Below, piece after piece: positions 28,797 to 37,608 of a DNA stretch of 44,888 nucleotides. The position numbers were made by a program, and so were the translations under genes. Source of the stretch: Alphaproteobacteria bacterium (GTDB lineage Bacteria; Pseudomonadota; Alphaproteobacteria; Caedimonadales; UBA9215); the NCBI GenBank assembly GCA_024280495.1, contig JAJRPZ010000022.1, positions 1 to 44,888 of the forward strand, in the 5' to 3' direction. Position 1 is the stretch's first letter; each line of letters opens with the position of its first letter. The notes beneath the pieces were generated by a model. The model did not search any database. It saw only the letters and a program-made list of their open reading frames with translations, and was not told the origin of the DNA.

Positions 28797-29356
28797 CGGT
28801 TTCCATGATGACCCTTCCCAATTTTATCAGCATTTTTCGTCTCCTCCTTGTGCCAATTGTTGTATGGGCTTTGGTGGATTTGCATTATAGCTATGCCCTT
28901 TTGGGTTTCTTTATTGCAGGAATTTCTGATTTACTTGACGGTTTTTTAGCTCGTGCCATGAAATGTCAAACGGATCTTGGCCGTTATCTTGATCCTCTTG
29001 CGGATAAAGTCCTCCTTATTGCCGTTTATGTTACCCTTGGTATGCAAGGGATTCTCCCTTCTTGGCTTGTTATTCTTGTTGTCTTTAGAGATTTTCTAAT
29101 TCTCTCAGGCGCCCTCCTTGTAAAACTTTTTAATCTTTCCCTTGAAATAAAACCTCTTTTTATTAGTAAAGCCAATACCTTAATGCAACTTTTACTTGTG
29201 GGAATTATCCTCATAGAACTTTCCATTGAGCAGATATATCCCACAACTAATGTTTTTTTGTTTATACTAACTGGATTAATAACCTTTTTATCAGGTGCAA
29301 GTTATGTCAAAAAATGGTTCAGTAGCACCAACGACCAAAATGACACAAGGCCCTAA
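28793..29356 (+). CDS. CDP-alcohol phosphatidyltransferase family protein (PgsA-type or CDP-alcohol-type cardiolipin synthase)
   Basis: Signature D-x2-DG-x2-AR-x8-G-x3-D-x3-D is present as SDLLDGFLARAMKCQTDLGRYLDPLADK. 187 aa and polytopic. Confidence 0.85.
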   Translation: MTVSMMTLPNFISIFRLLLVPIVVWALVDLHYSYALLGFFIAGISDLLDGFLARAMKCQTDLGRYLDPLADKVLLIAVYVTLGMQGILPSWLVILVVFRDFLILSGALLVKLFNLSLEIKPLFISKANTLMQLLLVGIILIELSIEQIYPTTNVFLFILTGLITFLSGASYVKKWFSSTNDQNDTRP

Positions 29357-30488
29357 GGATGATTTAGTTGATTTTAAAATCAAGAAATCTTCTTTAAAAA
29401 CATCCCTGTGGGTCATCATTGGCCTTGGATTTTCAGGCTTTTTTTTCCACCTTTTTGCCCCCATTTTAATGCCGTTTTTGGTAGCATTGATTTTTGCATA
29501 TGCCCTTAACCCTGTTGTTGAACGTTTGCAAAATTGGGGATTGAACCGTTCAGCGGCGACATTTTTATTAGTCCTAAGCGCCTTATCTCTTATTGTGGGT
29601 GTTCTTTTTATTGCCATACCCTTTTTACGGGATGAACTTACAAAGCTCACAACCACTTTACCCAAATATATGACCGATGTTGCGACCTATTACACACCGC
29701 AAATTAAAATTTTTATGTCTCAATTTTCTGAAAATATATCTGGGCGCCTTGAAACTACCCTCACGGACCATGCTTCAAATATGCTCAGATGGAGCCTTAG
29801 TCTGATGACAGGAATTTTTACCAACACTCTTGCCCTTGCTAACATTGTTTCCTTGATTATTTTGTCGCCCTTACTTATTTTCTACTTATTGCGGGATTGG
29901 CCTCTTATTTTAGGGACTCTCCATAAACTTATTCCACCAACCATGACGAAAAAAACCATGAATCTTATTGATCAACTCAATGAAACTTTAAATGGCTATT
30001 TTAGAGGCCAAGCCGCCGTTTGCCTTTTGATGGCTGCGTATTACACAACGGGCCTTTATATCATTGGCCTTGATTACGCCTTTACCGTCGGTATTATTAG
30101 CGGTCTTTTGACATTTATGCCCTATGTCGGTTTTTTAACAGGGCTTGTGGCAGCAGTAGGCGTAGCCCTCGTTCAATTTACTGGTTACAGTGAGGTTATC
30201 CTCATTGCTGGTCTCTATGGCCTTGGAAATGTTTTTGAAGGATTTATTTTAGTGCCACGGCTTGTGGGAAGTAAAATCGGTCTTCACCCAATATGGCTTA
30301 TATTTGCACTCCTAGGCGGGGGGTTTCTCTTTGGATTTCTGGGTATTCTTTTAGCCATTCCCCTTGCTGCTGTTGTTGCCGTTTTTGTACGATTTGGTGT
30401 GAGTCGTTATCACAGCCATTTACAAGAAATTTCACCCCAGAAAAAATCAAAAATAGATGTCAAAAAGAAAAGAAAAAATAGCACATGA
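29304..30488 (+). CDS. AI-2E/PerM-family membrane transporter
   Basis: About 390-aa polytopic protein with the family-typical C-terminal half (FRGQAAVCLLMAAYY...PRLVGSKIGLHPIWLIFALLGGG). Start is uncertain: GTG 29295, ATG 29304 (AGGTG upstream) or ATG 29340. Confidence 0.78.
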   Translation: MSKNGSVAPTTKMTQGPKDDLVDFKIKKSSLKTSLWVIIGLGFSGFFFHLFAPILMPFLVALIFAYALNPVVERLQNWGLNRSAATFLLVLSALSLIVGVLFIAIPFLRDELTKLTTTLPKYMTDVATYYTPQIKIFMSQFSENISGRLETTLTDHASNMLRWSLSLMTGIFTNTLALANIVSLIILSPLLIFYLLRDWPLILGTLHKLIPPTMTKKTMNLIDQLNETLNGYFRGQAAVCLLMAAYYTTGLYIIGLDYAFTVGIISGLLTFMPYVGFLTGLVAAVGVALVQFTGYSEVILIAGLYGLGNVFEGFILVPRLVGSKIGLHPIWLIFALLGGGFLFGFLGILLAIPLAAVVAVFVRFGVSRYHSHLQEISPQKKSKIDVKKKRKNST

Positions 30489-31231
30489 AAAACCTCAAAG
30501 ACACCTCCTTAAAAGAGCCTGTTTTTACAGAACCAGAGCGCCCTCATAAAGTCAAAATGGGTTCAGAAACACAAATTGTTCAAATGGCTTTGGATATTTC
30601 TTTAGATCCGATTTATCGTTGGGAAAATTTTTATATTTCCTCCAGTAATGACGACGCAATATCTCTTTTGCAGCGTTGGCCCCAGTGGGAGCACCGTGTT
30701 CAATTGATTTATGGCCAAAGCGGTAGTGGTAAAACCCATATTGCTCACCTTTGGCGCAATGGAAATCGTGCTTCCTTTGTGGATGATAGCGTTTTAAAAC
30801 TTGATTTTCTCGAAGAATATGTGGCACAAAATCCTTTTTTAATTGTGGATGATGCGGATCGAATCACCTGTCATAAAGGTCTTTTCCACCTTTATAACCT
30901 TATTCAAGAATACCAAGGATATTTGCTTCTCACGTCTAAATATCCAAGTAATCAATGGAATATTGAACTGCCCGATTTGGCTTCAAGACTCCAGAGTATT
31001 CCAGCAACGGAAATATTAGCCCCCGACGACAACTTACTGCGTGCCCTTCTCATTAAGGGTTTTTCAGATCTGCAACTTAAAATTCCTGAAAATGTTTTGA
31101 ATTATATTATCAAACATATGGAACGATCATATGAGGGAGTCCAATACACAACGGCCCTTTTAAATAGGCGTTCCCTTGAAATGAAACGTAATTTAACCCT
31201 CCCTTTAGTCAAAGAAATTTTGAATATATAG
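30485..31231 (+). CDS. hdaA: DnaA regulatory inactivator Hda/HdaA (DnaA-related AAA+)
   Basis: Walker A GQSGSGKTHIAHLW, Walker B-like FLIVDDADR, about 240 aa, and an N-terminal QMALDISL...WENF motif typical of Hda. ATGA overlap with the upstream permease gene. Confidence 0.78.
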   Translation: MKNLKDTSLKEPVFTEPERPHKVKMGSETQIVQMALDISLDPIYRWENFYISSSNDDAISLLQRWPQWEHRVQLIYGQSGSGKTHIAHLWRNGNRASFVDDSVLKLDFLEEYVAQNPFLIVDDADRITCHKGLFHLYNLIQEYQGYLLLTSKYPSNQWNIELPDLASRLQSIPATEILAPDDNLLRALLIKGFSDLQLKIPENVLNYIIKHMERSYEGVQYTTALLNRRSLEMKRNLTLPLVKEILNI

Positions 31232-31249
31232 TTTTCAAAAAAGTCCATT

Positions 31250-32497
31250 CTAAGCGGTTAATGCCTGAATACCTGGTAATTTTCGACCTTCAATGTATTC
31301 AAGAAAAGCACCTCCCCCCGTTGATAGGTAAGTAAAATCATTTTCAACATGGGCAGATTTTAAAACAGAAATTGTTTCACCACCACCAGCAACACTCCGC
31401 AAATGGCCGTTTTTCGTAAATTTCGCCAAGGTTTGTGCTATTTGAATGCTGGCTTGATCAAAGGGTTTATGTTCAAAAAGCCCAACGGGTCCATTCCAAA
31501 TAACGGTTTTTGATTTCACCATAGCTTTACAAATTTCTTTAACGGTTTTGGGACCTATATCAAAAATACTTTTTGAGGGATGAATGTCTTTAACGGAGGT
31601 TGTTATCACCTCTGAAGAAGGTTCTAAATCCTTGGATACGTTGACATCCGTTGGTAAAATCAGTGTGCAATCATGCTCTTTTGCAAGGGCTATGATATTT
31701 TGTGCTGTTTGCACCTCTGAAGGTTCCGCAAGGGATTTTCCAAGATCGTACCCTTTTGCCAAAAGAAATGTATTGGCAATACCACCGCCAACTGCAACGG
31801 TATCAGTCATTGTTACGAGTTTCTTTAAAAGACCAATTTTTGAAGAAATTTTCGCTCCTCCAATAATTGCCATGAGAGGAACAGATTTTTTTTCAAAAAA
31901 ACCATTGAGGTTTTTAATTTCCGCATTCAGTAAAAGTCCAGAAAAAGCTGGTAAAAGCTTTGCAAGGCCGACAACAGATCCGTGGGCACGGTGGGACACT
32001 GAAAAAGCATCATTAATAAAAACCTCTCCTAATTCTGCCAGTGCTTTTGAAAAATTGAGATCATTTTTTTCTTCACCCTCATAAAAGCGGAGGTTTTCTA
32101 ATAAAAGAATTTCTCTATCCTTAAGATGGTTAACTTCTTTTTTAACCTCATCACCTAGAATATTTTCCTGAAAAAAAATGGGGTGAGATAATAAGTTAGA
32201 CAAAGGTTTCACAAGGGGCTTTAAACTCAACTCAAGATCAGATTTAAAAGAAGTGCCTTCAAGATTCGGGCGTCCTCGATGGGCTATTAAAATAATACGT
32301 GCTTTCTTTTCAATCAGATCTTTTAAGGTCGGTAAAATAGCCCGCAAGCGATTATCATCCAAAATAATTTTCCCCTTAAAGGGAGCGTTGAGATCCACAC
32401 GCAGGATCACTCTTTTATGGGCAACATCCGCCCCAGTATAAGTTGGAAGGGGGGGGGGATTTATGAGAGTTGTTGAGTTTTCGTTAAGCTTTGCCAA
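31250..32497 (-). CDS. pgk: Phosphoglycerate kinase
   Basis: KRVILRVDLNAPF, SHRAHGS, GGAKISSKIG, and WNGPVGLFE...GGGETI. TTG start with GGAG 8 nt upstream. Confidence 0.95.
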   Translation of the reverse strand: MAKLNENSTTLINPPPLPTYTGADVAHKRVILRVDLNAPFKGKIILDDNRLRAILPTLKDLIEKKARIILIAHRGRPNLEGTSFKSDLELSLKPLVKPLSNLLSHPIFFQENILGDEVKKEVNHLKDREILLLENLRFYEGEEKNDLNFSKALAELGEVFINDAFSVSHRAHGSVVGLAKLLPAFSGLLLNAEIKNLNGFFEKKSVPLMAIIGGAKISSKIGLLKKLVTMTDTVAVGGGIANTFLLAKGYDLGKSLAEPSEVQTAQNIIALAKEHDCTLILPTDVNVSKDLEPSSEVITTSVKDIHPSKSIFDIGPKTVKEICKAMVKSKTVIWNGPVGLFEHKPFDQASIQIAQTLAKFTKNGHLRSVAGGGETISVLKSAHVENDFTYLSTGGGAFLEYIEGRKLPGIQALTA

Positions 32498-32573
32498 CGT
32501 AAGATCTCCATGTTATGAAAGAAAAGGAAACCTCTAAAAAAGGCTTCAACAATAATATTGGATTTAGTTTAGC

Positions 32574-35500
32574 ATGGCAATTCTGGAACTTCAATTTGGG
32601 TTATCATTTTCTGATCTTCTATCACGTCCTGGACTTTTGAAAGTACAGAATGCCTTTGAGGTTTTTTTAAAGAATCAAGGGGGAAACTTATATAAAGAAT
32701 ATAAGTCAACACACAAAAAAGGACACCCTACGTCGGAATTTCTTTTGCAAATGGCTCCATATCTCGAAGATTTTATAGCAGATCTTTTCCAAATTCAAAC
32801 TGCCGTACAAAAACTGCAACAGAAAAATCTTTCCTATGCTCCCCTTGCGACAGCTAAACGTCAATTTATCCAACGGCGAGTTTCTAAAAAATTATCAAAA
32901 AATCCTGTGAATTATTCAGAAAATTCAGGTGAAAAATATCGCCAAAATCTTTCGATATTCTTGGGAAATGATTTCAACTTTTCAGATCTTGATTTTTCTA
33001 AAAATATCCTCAAATGGCTCCAAAACCCAAAAATAAATGAAAAAGCTCTCGACGCTGCCGAATCCTATGCCCTATGGATAATGTCTTCTTCCCATGGGCA
33101 AGATTTATATAAAAAATTTCACGGGTCTTCTCATTTTTTTGACCTGCCACAGCCCCTTGATTTTGATAATTTAATTGATAGTCACGTAAAAATAAAGCGT
33201 CAACGCCAAGGGTTTTCATTAACGGACAAAGGGTTATCACCTGAAAGTTCTCAAGGGCAATCTGCCTATTGCCTTCTTTGTCATGAGCGTAATAAGGACT
33301 CTTGTCGAACAGGGTTATATAATACTGAGAAAAAAATTCAGAAAAACCCCCTCGGCCGAGATCTTTCTGGTTGTCCTCTGGATCAGAAAATATCAGAAAT
33401 GATGTCTTTAAAACGACACGGTCTGACCATTGCAGCCCTTGCTGTTGTCACAATAGACAACCCACTTGTTGCTGCCACTGGACATCGAATTTGCAATGAT
33501 TGTAGTGCGGCCTGTCTCTTTCAAAGACAAGACCCTGTTGATGTTCCTGGTGTGGAAACAGAAATTCTTAGATCCGTCTTGGCCCTTCCTTGGGGCGTCG
33601 AAATTTATACTCTTCTCACCCTATGGAACCCCCTTCGCTTTGAGGCCCTTCTACCAAAACAAAAAACTATGTCTAAAGTATTAGTTGTTGGATTAGGGCC
33701 TGCTGGATTTACTCTTGCTTACTCCCTTGCCCAACAAGGCCATACAGTTATTGGAATTGATGGTACAAAAATTGAACCATTTCCTAAAGTGTTCAAAGAA
33801 AAACCTATCCATGATCTTAATCATTTTTTTGAGGATCTCGAAATACGTGTCATAGATGGTTTTGGAGGTGTTGCTGAATACGGTATCACGTCCAGGTGGG
33901 ACAAGAATTTTTTAAAACTTATTCGTCTCATTCTCGAGAGATCTCAAGAAATCCTCATCATGGGGGGGGTTCGTTTTGGAAGTTCTCTCACCCCCCAACA
34001 AGGAAAATATGACTATGGTTTTGATCATATAGCTCTTTGCAATGGTGCAGGACAACCCAATATTATTCCCCTTGAGAATATGCTTGTCAAAGGAGTAAGA
34101 CAAGCATCGGATTTTCTCATGGCCCTACAGCTCACGGGTGCCTACAAAAAAAAGGCCCTTGCAAACCTTGAGGTTAACCTCCCTATTATTGTCATTGGTG
34201 GGGGCCTAACCTCAATTGATACGGCAACGGAAGCCCTTGCCTATTATCCAGTTCAAGTTGAAAAATTCCTATCACAACTTGAAGAGTTAGATATCTCCAT
34301 AGATGATCTCAATTTCACAGAATCTGATTTTGAGAAGGCAACCCTTTGGGTGAAACACGCCAAAATATTACGTCAAGAACGCACAAAAAAGAGCCCCGAT
34401 TTTCAAAATCTTTTGCAATCTTGGGGAGGGGCAACTGTTTTATATCGGAAGGCATTGACAAAGGCACCAAGCTATCGCTTGAACGTCAAAGAAATAGAAA
34501 AAGCCCTTGAGGAGGGAATTAAAATAGCACCTTATATAACGCCTCAAAAAATTCAGGTGGATAAATATGGTGAGGCCTCTGGCGTTTTATGCACAGATTC
34601 AACGGGAAAAAAACATAATATCCATGCACGCAGCATATTCATGGCAACTGGTATTTTACCTAACACAACCCTTGCCAAAGAATATCCTCCAGTTTTTAAT
34701 ATGGATGGCATTCACTATAAACCCTCCAAATTGTCTCATTTTCTCATGGTAGACCCTTATTACAGTTTTTTTGGAGATCTTCACCCGACCTATAAAGGAA
34801 GTGTTGTTAAGGCCATCGCCAGCGCGAAAAAGGGCGCCCTTGAAATTGATTTATTATTAACTAGCACAAAACCTCGTAACGAAACAAAAGCCAAGGTTTT
34901 TTGGAAAAAATTCAGAGATGATTTTCAGGCTCATATTATTTCCGTTAAGCGTAAAAGTGACCATGAGGTTGAGCTTTTGGTTAAAGCTCCCATGGCAACA
35001 AAAAACCATAAACCAGGTCAGTTTTTTAGACTCCAAAATTTCACAACCTACGCTCCTGAAGTGAAAAATATCTCCCTGAGTATGGAGGGTCTTGCTCTAA
35101 CTGCCCACCATATTGACGCCGCAGCAGGAATCATTACATTCAAAATTGTTGAGCAAGGCGCGACGTCTCGAATTTGTGCCTTTTTAAAGCCAAATACTCC
35201 TGTTATTTTAATGGGACCTCTTGGTACTCCCACTTTCATCCCCCGAAAGGAAGAAATCTGTTTAATATCTCAATGGCCCTCTTATCCAGGGGTTTCTCTT
35301 CTAGTGAAAGCTTTAACAAAGGCCCCTAATAAAGTCATTGTTTTTGAGGGAAAAGAAATCAATGAACTGGAAGTGAATGACTTAAACCATTTTGATCGAT
35401 TTATGGTCTTTGGTAATGGAAAATTCATGGGACAGATCAATAAACTTCTAAAATCAAAAAAACTAAGACCTAAAAATAAAAAAATCGCAACGGTCAACAG

Positions 35501-35711
35501 TCCTATGCAATGCATGATGAAGGAAATTTGCGGTCAATGTTTACAGCGTCATGTACATCCAAAAACCGGTGTTGAAACTTATGTTTATAGCTGTATGACA
35601 CAAGAACAACCTTTATCCTCCCTAGATACTAACTTTCTTAAAAATAGACTCACTCAAAATAGTCTTCAAGAAAATATTACCAATGAAATTTTAAAAAAGT
35701 ATAGGCAATAG
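32574..35711 (+). CDS. Large fusion oxidoreductase: unknown N-terminal domain, then GltD/SudA-like Fe-S NAD(P)H/FAD module, then PyrK/SudB-like ferredoxin-reductase module with a C-terminal 2Fe-2S motif
   Basis: 1045 aa. Cys233-x2-Cys236-x7-Cys244...Gly-Cys267-Pro, and GHRIC307-x2-C310-x3-C314, resemble the two GltD Fe-S motifs. Two Rossmann motifs (VVGLGPAGF about aa 371, VIGGGLTSIDTA about aa 540) and a GD motif (FFGDL). The C-terminal part has PGQFFRL, MGPLGTP and C980-x5-C986-x2-C989-x17-C1007, as in PyrK. Confidence 0.8.
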   Translation: MAILELQFGLSFSDLLSRPGLLKVQNAFEVFLKNQGGNLYKEYKSTHKKGHPTSEFLLQMAPYLEDFIADLFQIQTAVQKLQQKNLSYAPLATAKRQFIQRRVSKKLSKNPVNYSENSGEKYRQNLSIFLGNDFNFSDLDFSKNILKWLQNPKINEKALDAAESYALWIMSSSHGQDLYKKFHGSSHFFDLPQPLDFDNLIDSHVKIKRQRQGFSLTDKGLSPESSQGQSAYCLLCHERNKDSCRTGLYNTEKKIQKNPLGRDLSGCPLDQKISEMMSLKRHGLTIAALAVVTIDNPLVAATGHRICNDCSAACLFQRQDPVDVPGVETEILRSVLALPWGVEIYTLLTLWNPLRFEALLPKQKTMSKVLVVGLGPAGFTLAYSLAQQGHTVIGIDGTKIEPFPKVFKEKPIHDLNHFFEDLEIRVIDGFGGVAEYGITSRWDKNFLKLIRLILERSQEILIMGGVRFGSSLTPQQGKYDYGFDHIALCNGAGQPNIIPLENMLVKGVRQASDFLMALQLTGAYKKKALANLEVNLPIIVIGGGLTSIDTATEALAYYPVQVEKFLSQLEELDISIDDLNFTESDFEKATLWVKHAKILRQERTKKSPDFQNLLQSWGGATVLYRKALTKAPSYRLNVKEIEKALEEGIKIAPYITPQKIQVDKYGEASGVLCTDSTGKKHNIHARSIFMATGILPNTTLAKEYPPVFNMDGIHYKPSKLSHFLMVDPYYSFFGDLHPTYKGSVVKAIASAKKGALEIDLLLTSTKPRNETKAKVFWKKFRDDFQAHIISVKRKSDHEVELLVKAPMATKNHKPGQFFRLQNFTTYAPEVKNISLSMEGLALTAHHIDAAAGIITFKIVEQGATSRICAFLKPNTPVILMGPLGTPTFIPRKEEICLISQWPSYPGVSLLVKALTKAPNKVIVFEGKEINELEVNDLNHFDRFMVFGNGKFMGQINKLLKSKKLRPKNKKIATVNSPMQCMMKEICGQCLQRHVHPKTGVETYVYSCMTQEQPLSSLDTNFLKNRLTQNSLQENITNEILKKYRQ

Positions 35712-35771
35712 CTTGGAAAACAGGCATGATAAATATTAAGATATAATTTAAGTATAACCCCTTTGGCATGA

Positions 35772-36758
35772 ATGATCCGTCAAATTTCACACTCTCTTTT
35801 TATTTTAATAGCTATAATTTTTTTCGCTCTAGGCTCAGGGTCGAATGCATCAGAGCCTGCACTTATCAAGAAAAATAACCTCAAAAAAGTTACTGTAGTC
35901 ATAACCCAGTTCGTTTCCCATGATGCATTGAACGCTGTTCGTGACGGCGCCGTTAATGCCATTGAAAATTGTGCAAAAAATGAATTTGATGTATCATTCG
36001 AATTTTCCAATGCTAGTGCCAACGCCCTTGTCGCACGTCAAATTGCCCAAAAACACGCGTCCCATAGGCCCGATGTAATTGTGGCTATTTCGACTCTTTC
36101 AGCCCAAAGCATCCTCAGTGCCGTTCGTGGTCATACTCCTATTGTGTTTGGTGCAATTACCGACCCAGAAGCAGCCCAAATTAAGGGCCAAAAGGTAACG
36201 GGGGTCACGGACATGCCCCCCTTTAATGACCAAATAAATTTTGTAAAACAAATTTTACCTCATGTGCGCACTATTGCAGTTTTATATAATCCCAGTGAAG
36301 ATAATTCGAGGGCAGCCCTTTTAGTGCTCCGAGGTGTATTTGAGAAACTCTCCCTTAACCTTTTACCCGTTGCAGTTACAAAAGCTGCAGAAATTAATCA
36401 AGCCGTCGCAAAAATCTCTGGGCAAGCTGACGCAATTTTCATTGCCAATGATAATTTAATTGCCAGCAGCTTTGAATCACTGGTCCGATCTGCCACAAAT
36501 AAGAACATTCCTGTTTTTGCTTCAGACGTTATGTTGGTAAAGCGCGGTGCACTTGGTATGAAAGGCATTGATTATTATCAAACAGGCCAACAAGTCGGCA
36601 TGCAAGTTTGTCAGATCTTGAACGGCACAGATCCAGGAGATATCCCAATGGCTATGCCCACTAATCTAAAAATTAACCTCAATGAAAAAACAGCACATAA
36701 TTTGGGGATTATTTTTACTCAAGACCTCATTCAATCAGCAGATGCTATTTATAAATAA
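35772..36758 (+). CDS. ABC transporter substrate-binding protein (ABC_sub_bind/BMP-like family), exported
   Basis: Signal peptide (LFILIAIIFFALGSGSNA), and periplasmic-binding-fold features (VAVLYNPSEDNS, IFIANDNLIASS, IPVFASD). No permease or ATPase gene lies adjacent. Confidence 0.72.
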   Translation: MIRQISHSLFILIAIIFFALGSGSNASEPALIKKNNLKKVTVVITQFVSHDALNAVRDGAVNAIENCAKNEFDVSFEFSNASANALVARQIAQKHASHRPDVIVAISTLSAQSILSAVRGHTPIVFGAITDPEAAQIKGQKVTGVTDMPPFNDQINFVKQILPHVRTIAVLYNPSEDNSRAALLVLRGVFEKLSLNLLPVAVTKAAEINQAVAKISGQADAIFIANDNLIASSFESLVRSATNKNIPVFASDVMLVKRGALGMKGIDYYQTGQQVGMQVCQILNGTDPGDIPMAMPTNLKINLNEKTAHNLGIIFTQDLIQSADAIYK

Positions 36759-36761
36759 TAA

Positions 36762-36784
36762 TAGACGACGTCTAGAATTTTTTT
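36762..36784 (+). terminator. Weak candidate intrinsic terminator after the substrate-binding protein gene
   Basis: tagac-gac-gtcta hairpin (36762-36774), followed by gaattttttt with a T-run ending at 36784. Confidence 0.3.
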
Positions 36785-36876
36785 GGAATGCCTATGATTC
36801 CATTTATCCACAATTGAAATCTCTACATTTTTCCCTTATGCTAAGACCATAAAAACAATTATGAAAGTTAAGAAAA

Positions 36877-37401
36877 ATGAATGTTGATAAAATTAAAGTT
36901 GGTGAAAATGCACCTTGGGATTGTAATGTTATTATTGAAATAGCTGCTGGAGGAGAACCTGTTAAATACGAATTGGATAAGGAATCAGGAGCATTATTCG
37001 TAGATCGTATGTTGCATACATCGATGCTGTACCCAGCAAATTATGGCTTTATCCCCCACACACTTTCTGATGATGGTGATCCCGTTGATGCTCTTGTATT
37101 GACAAAATCAACTCTAATTCCAGGATGTGTTGTGCGGGCGCGCCCCGTGGGCGTTTTGGTTATGGAAGATGAATCTGGCCAGGATGAAAAAATATTGATG
37201 GTTCCAGTAGATAAGCTCTTTCCCTACCATAAAGATGTAAAAAACCACACAGATATTCCACAAATTGTTTTGGACCAAATAACGCACTTTTTTGAACGCT
37301 ACAAAGACCTTGAATCGAATAAATGGGTGAAAATTATTCGTTGGGGCGATGCTGAAGAAGCCGCTTCATTTATTAGAGCTGGTATGAAAGCAGTATTATA
37401 A
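36877..37401 (+). CDS. ppa: Inorganic pyrophosphatase (family I)
   Basis: VIIEIAAGGEPVKYELD, NYGFIPHTLSDDGDPVDALVL, and a size of 174 aa. Confidence 0.95.
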   Translation: MNVDKIKVGENAPWDCNVIIEIAAGGEPVKYELDKESGALFVDRMLHTSMLYPANYGFIPHTLSDDGDPVDALVLTKSTLIPGCVVRARPVGVLVMEDESGQDEKILMVPVDKLFPYHKDVKNHTDIPQIVLDQITHFFERYKDLESNKWVKIIRWGDAEEAASFIRAGMKAVL

Positions 37402-37504
37402 GACCTTACAAAAACTTAATGTTTTTTCGGGTTTTGAAATGACTATTTATATAAAATCCGACGTTGTTAGCATAGTAAATTATTTAGAGTTTTCTATGAC
37501 TAAT

Positions 37505-37533
37505 TTGACATATGGATATTATATACCTAAAAT
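37505..37533 (+). promoter_or_regulatory. Candidate sigma-70-type promoter for the hsp20 gene
   Basis: TTGACA (37505-37510), exactly 17 nt, then TAAAAT (37528-37533). This would give a leader of about 70 nt before the ATG at 37609. AT-rich context raises the chance-match rate. Confidence 0.4.
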
Positions 37534-37567
37534 AAGAGTATAAAAATGCTTCAAAGAAGGTTTTTAT

Positions 37568-37607
37568 TTCTTAAATATTATTGCTCAATTGAGGATAAGG
37601 AGAAGAA
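37568..37607 (+). promoter_or_regulatory. Candidate ROSE-like RNA-thermometer hairpin overlapping the hsp20 ribosome-binding site
   Basis: ttctt/aagaa (5 bp), ttatt/gataa and ctc/gag, with a bulged G and an aatt loop. A UUGCU motif (37581-37585) lies opposite a GAGGA/AAGGAG region. The SD is only half paired (AA paired, GGAG in an internal loop). Confidence 0.25.
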
Positions 37608-37608
37608 T

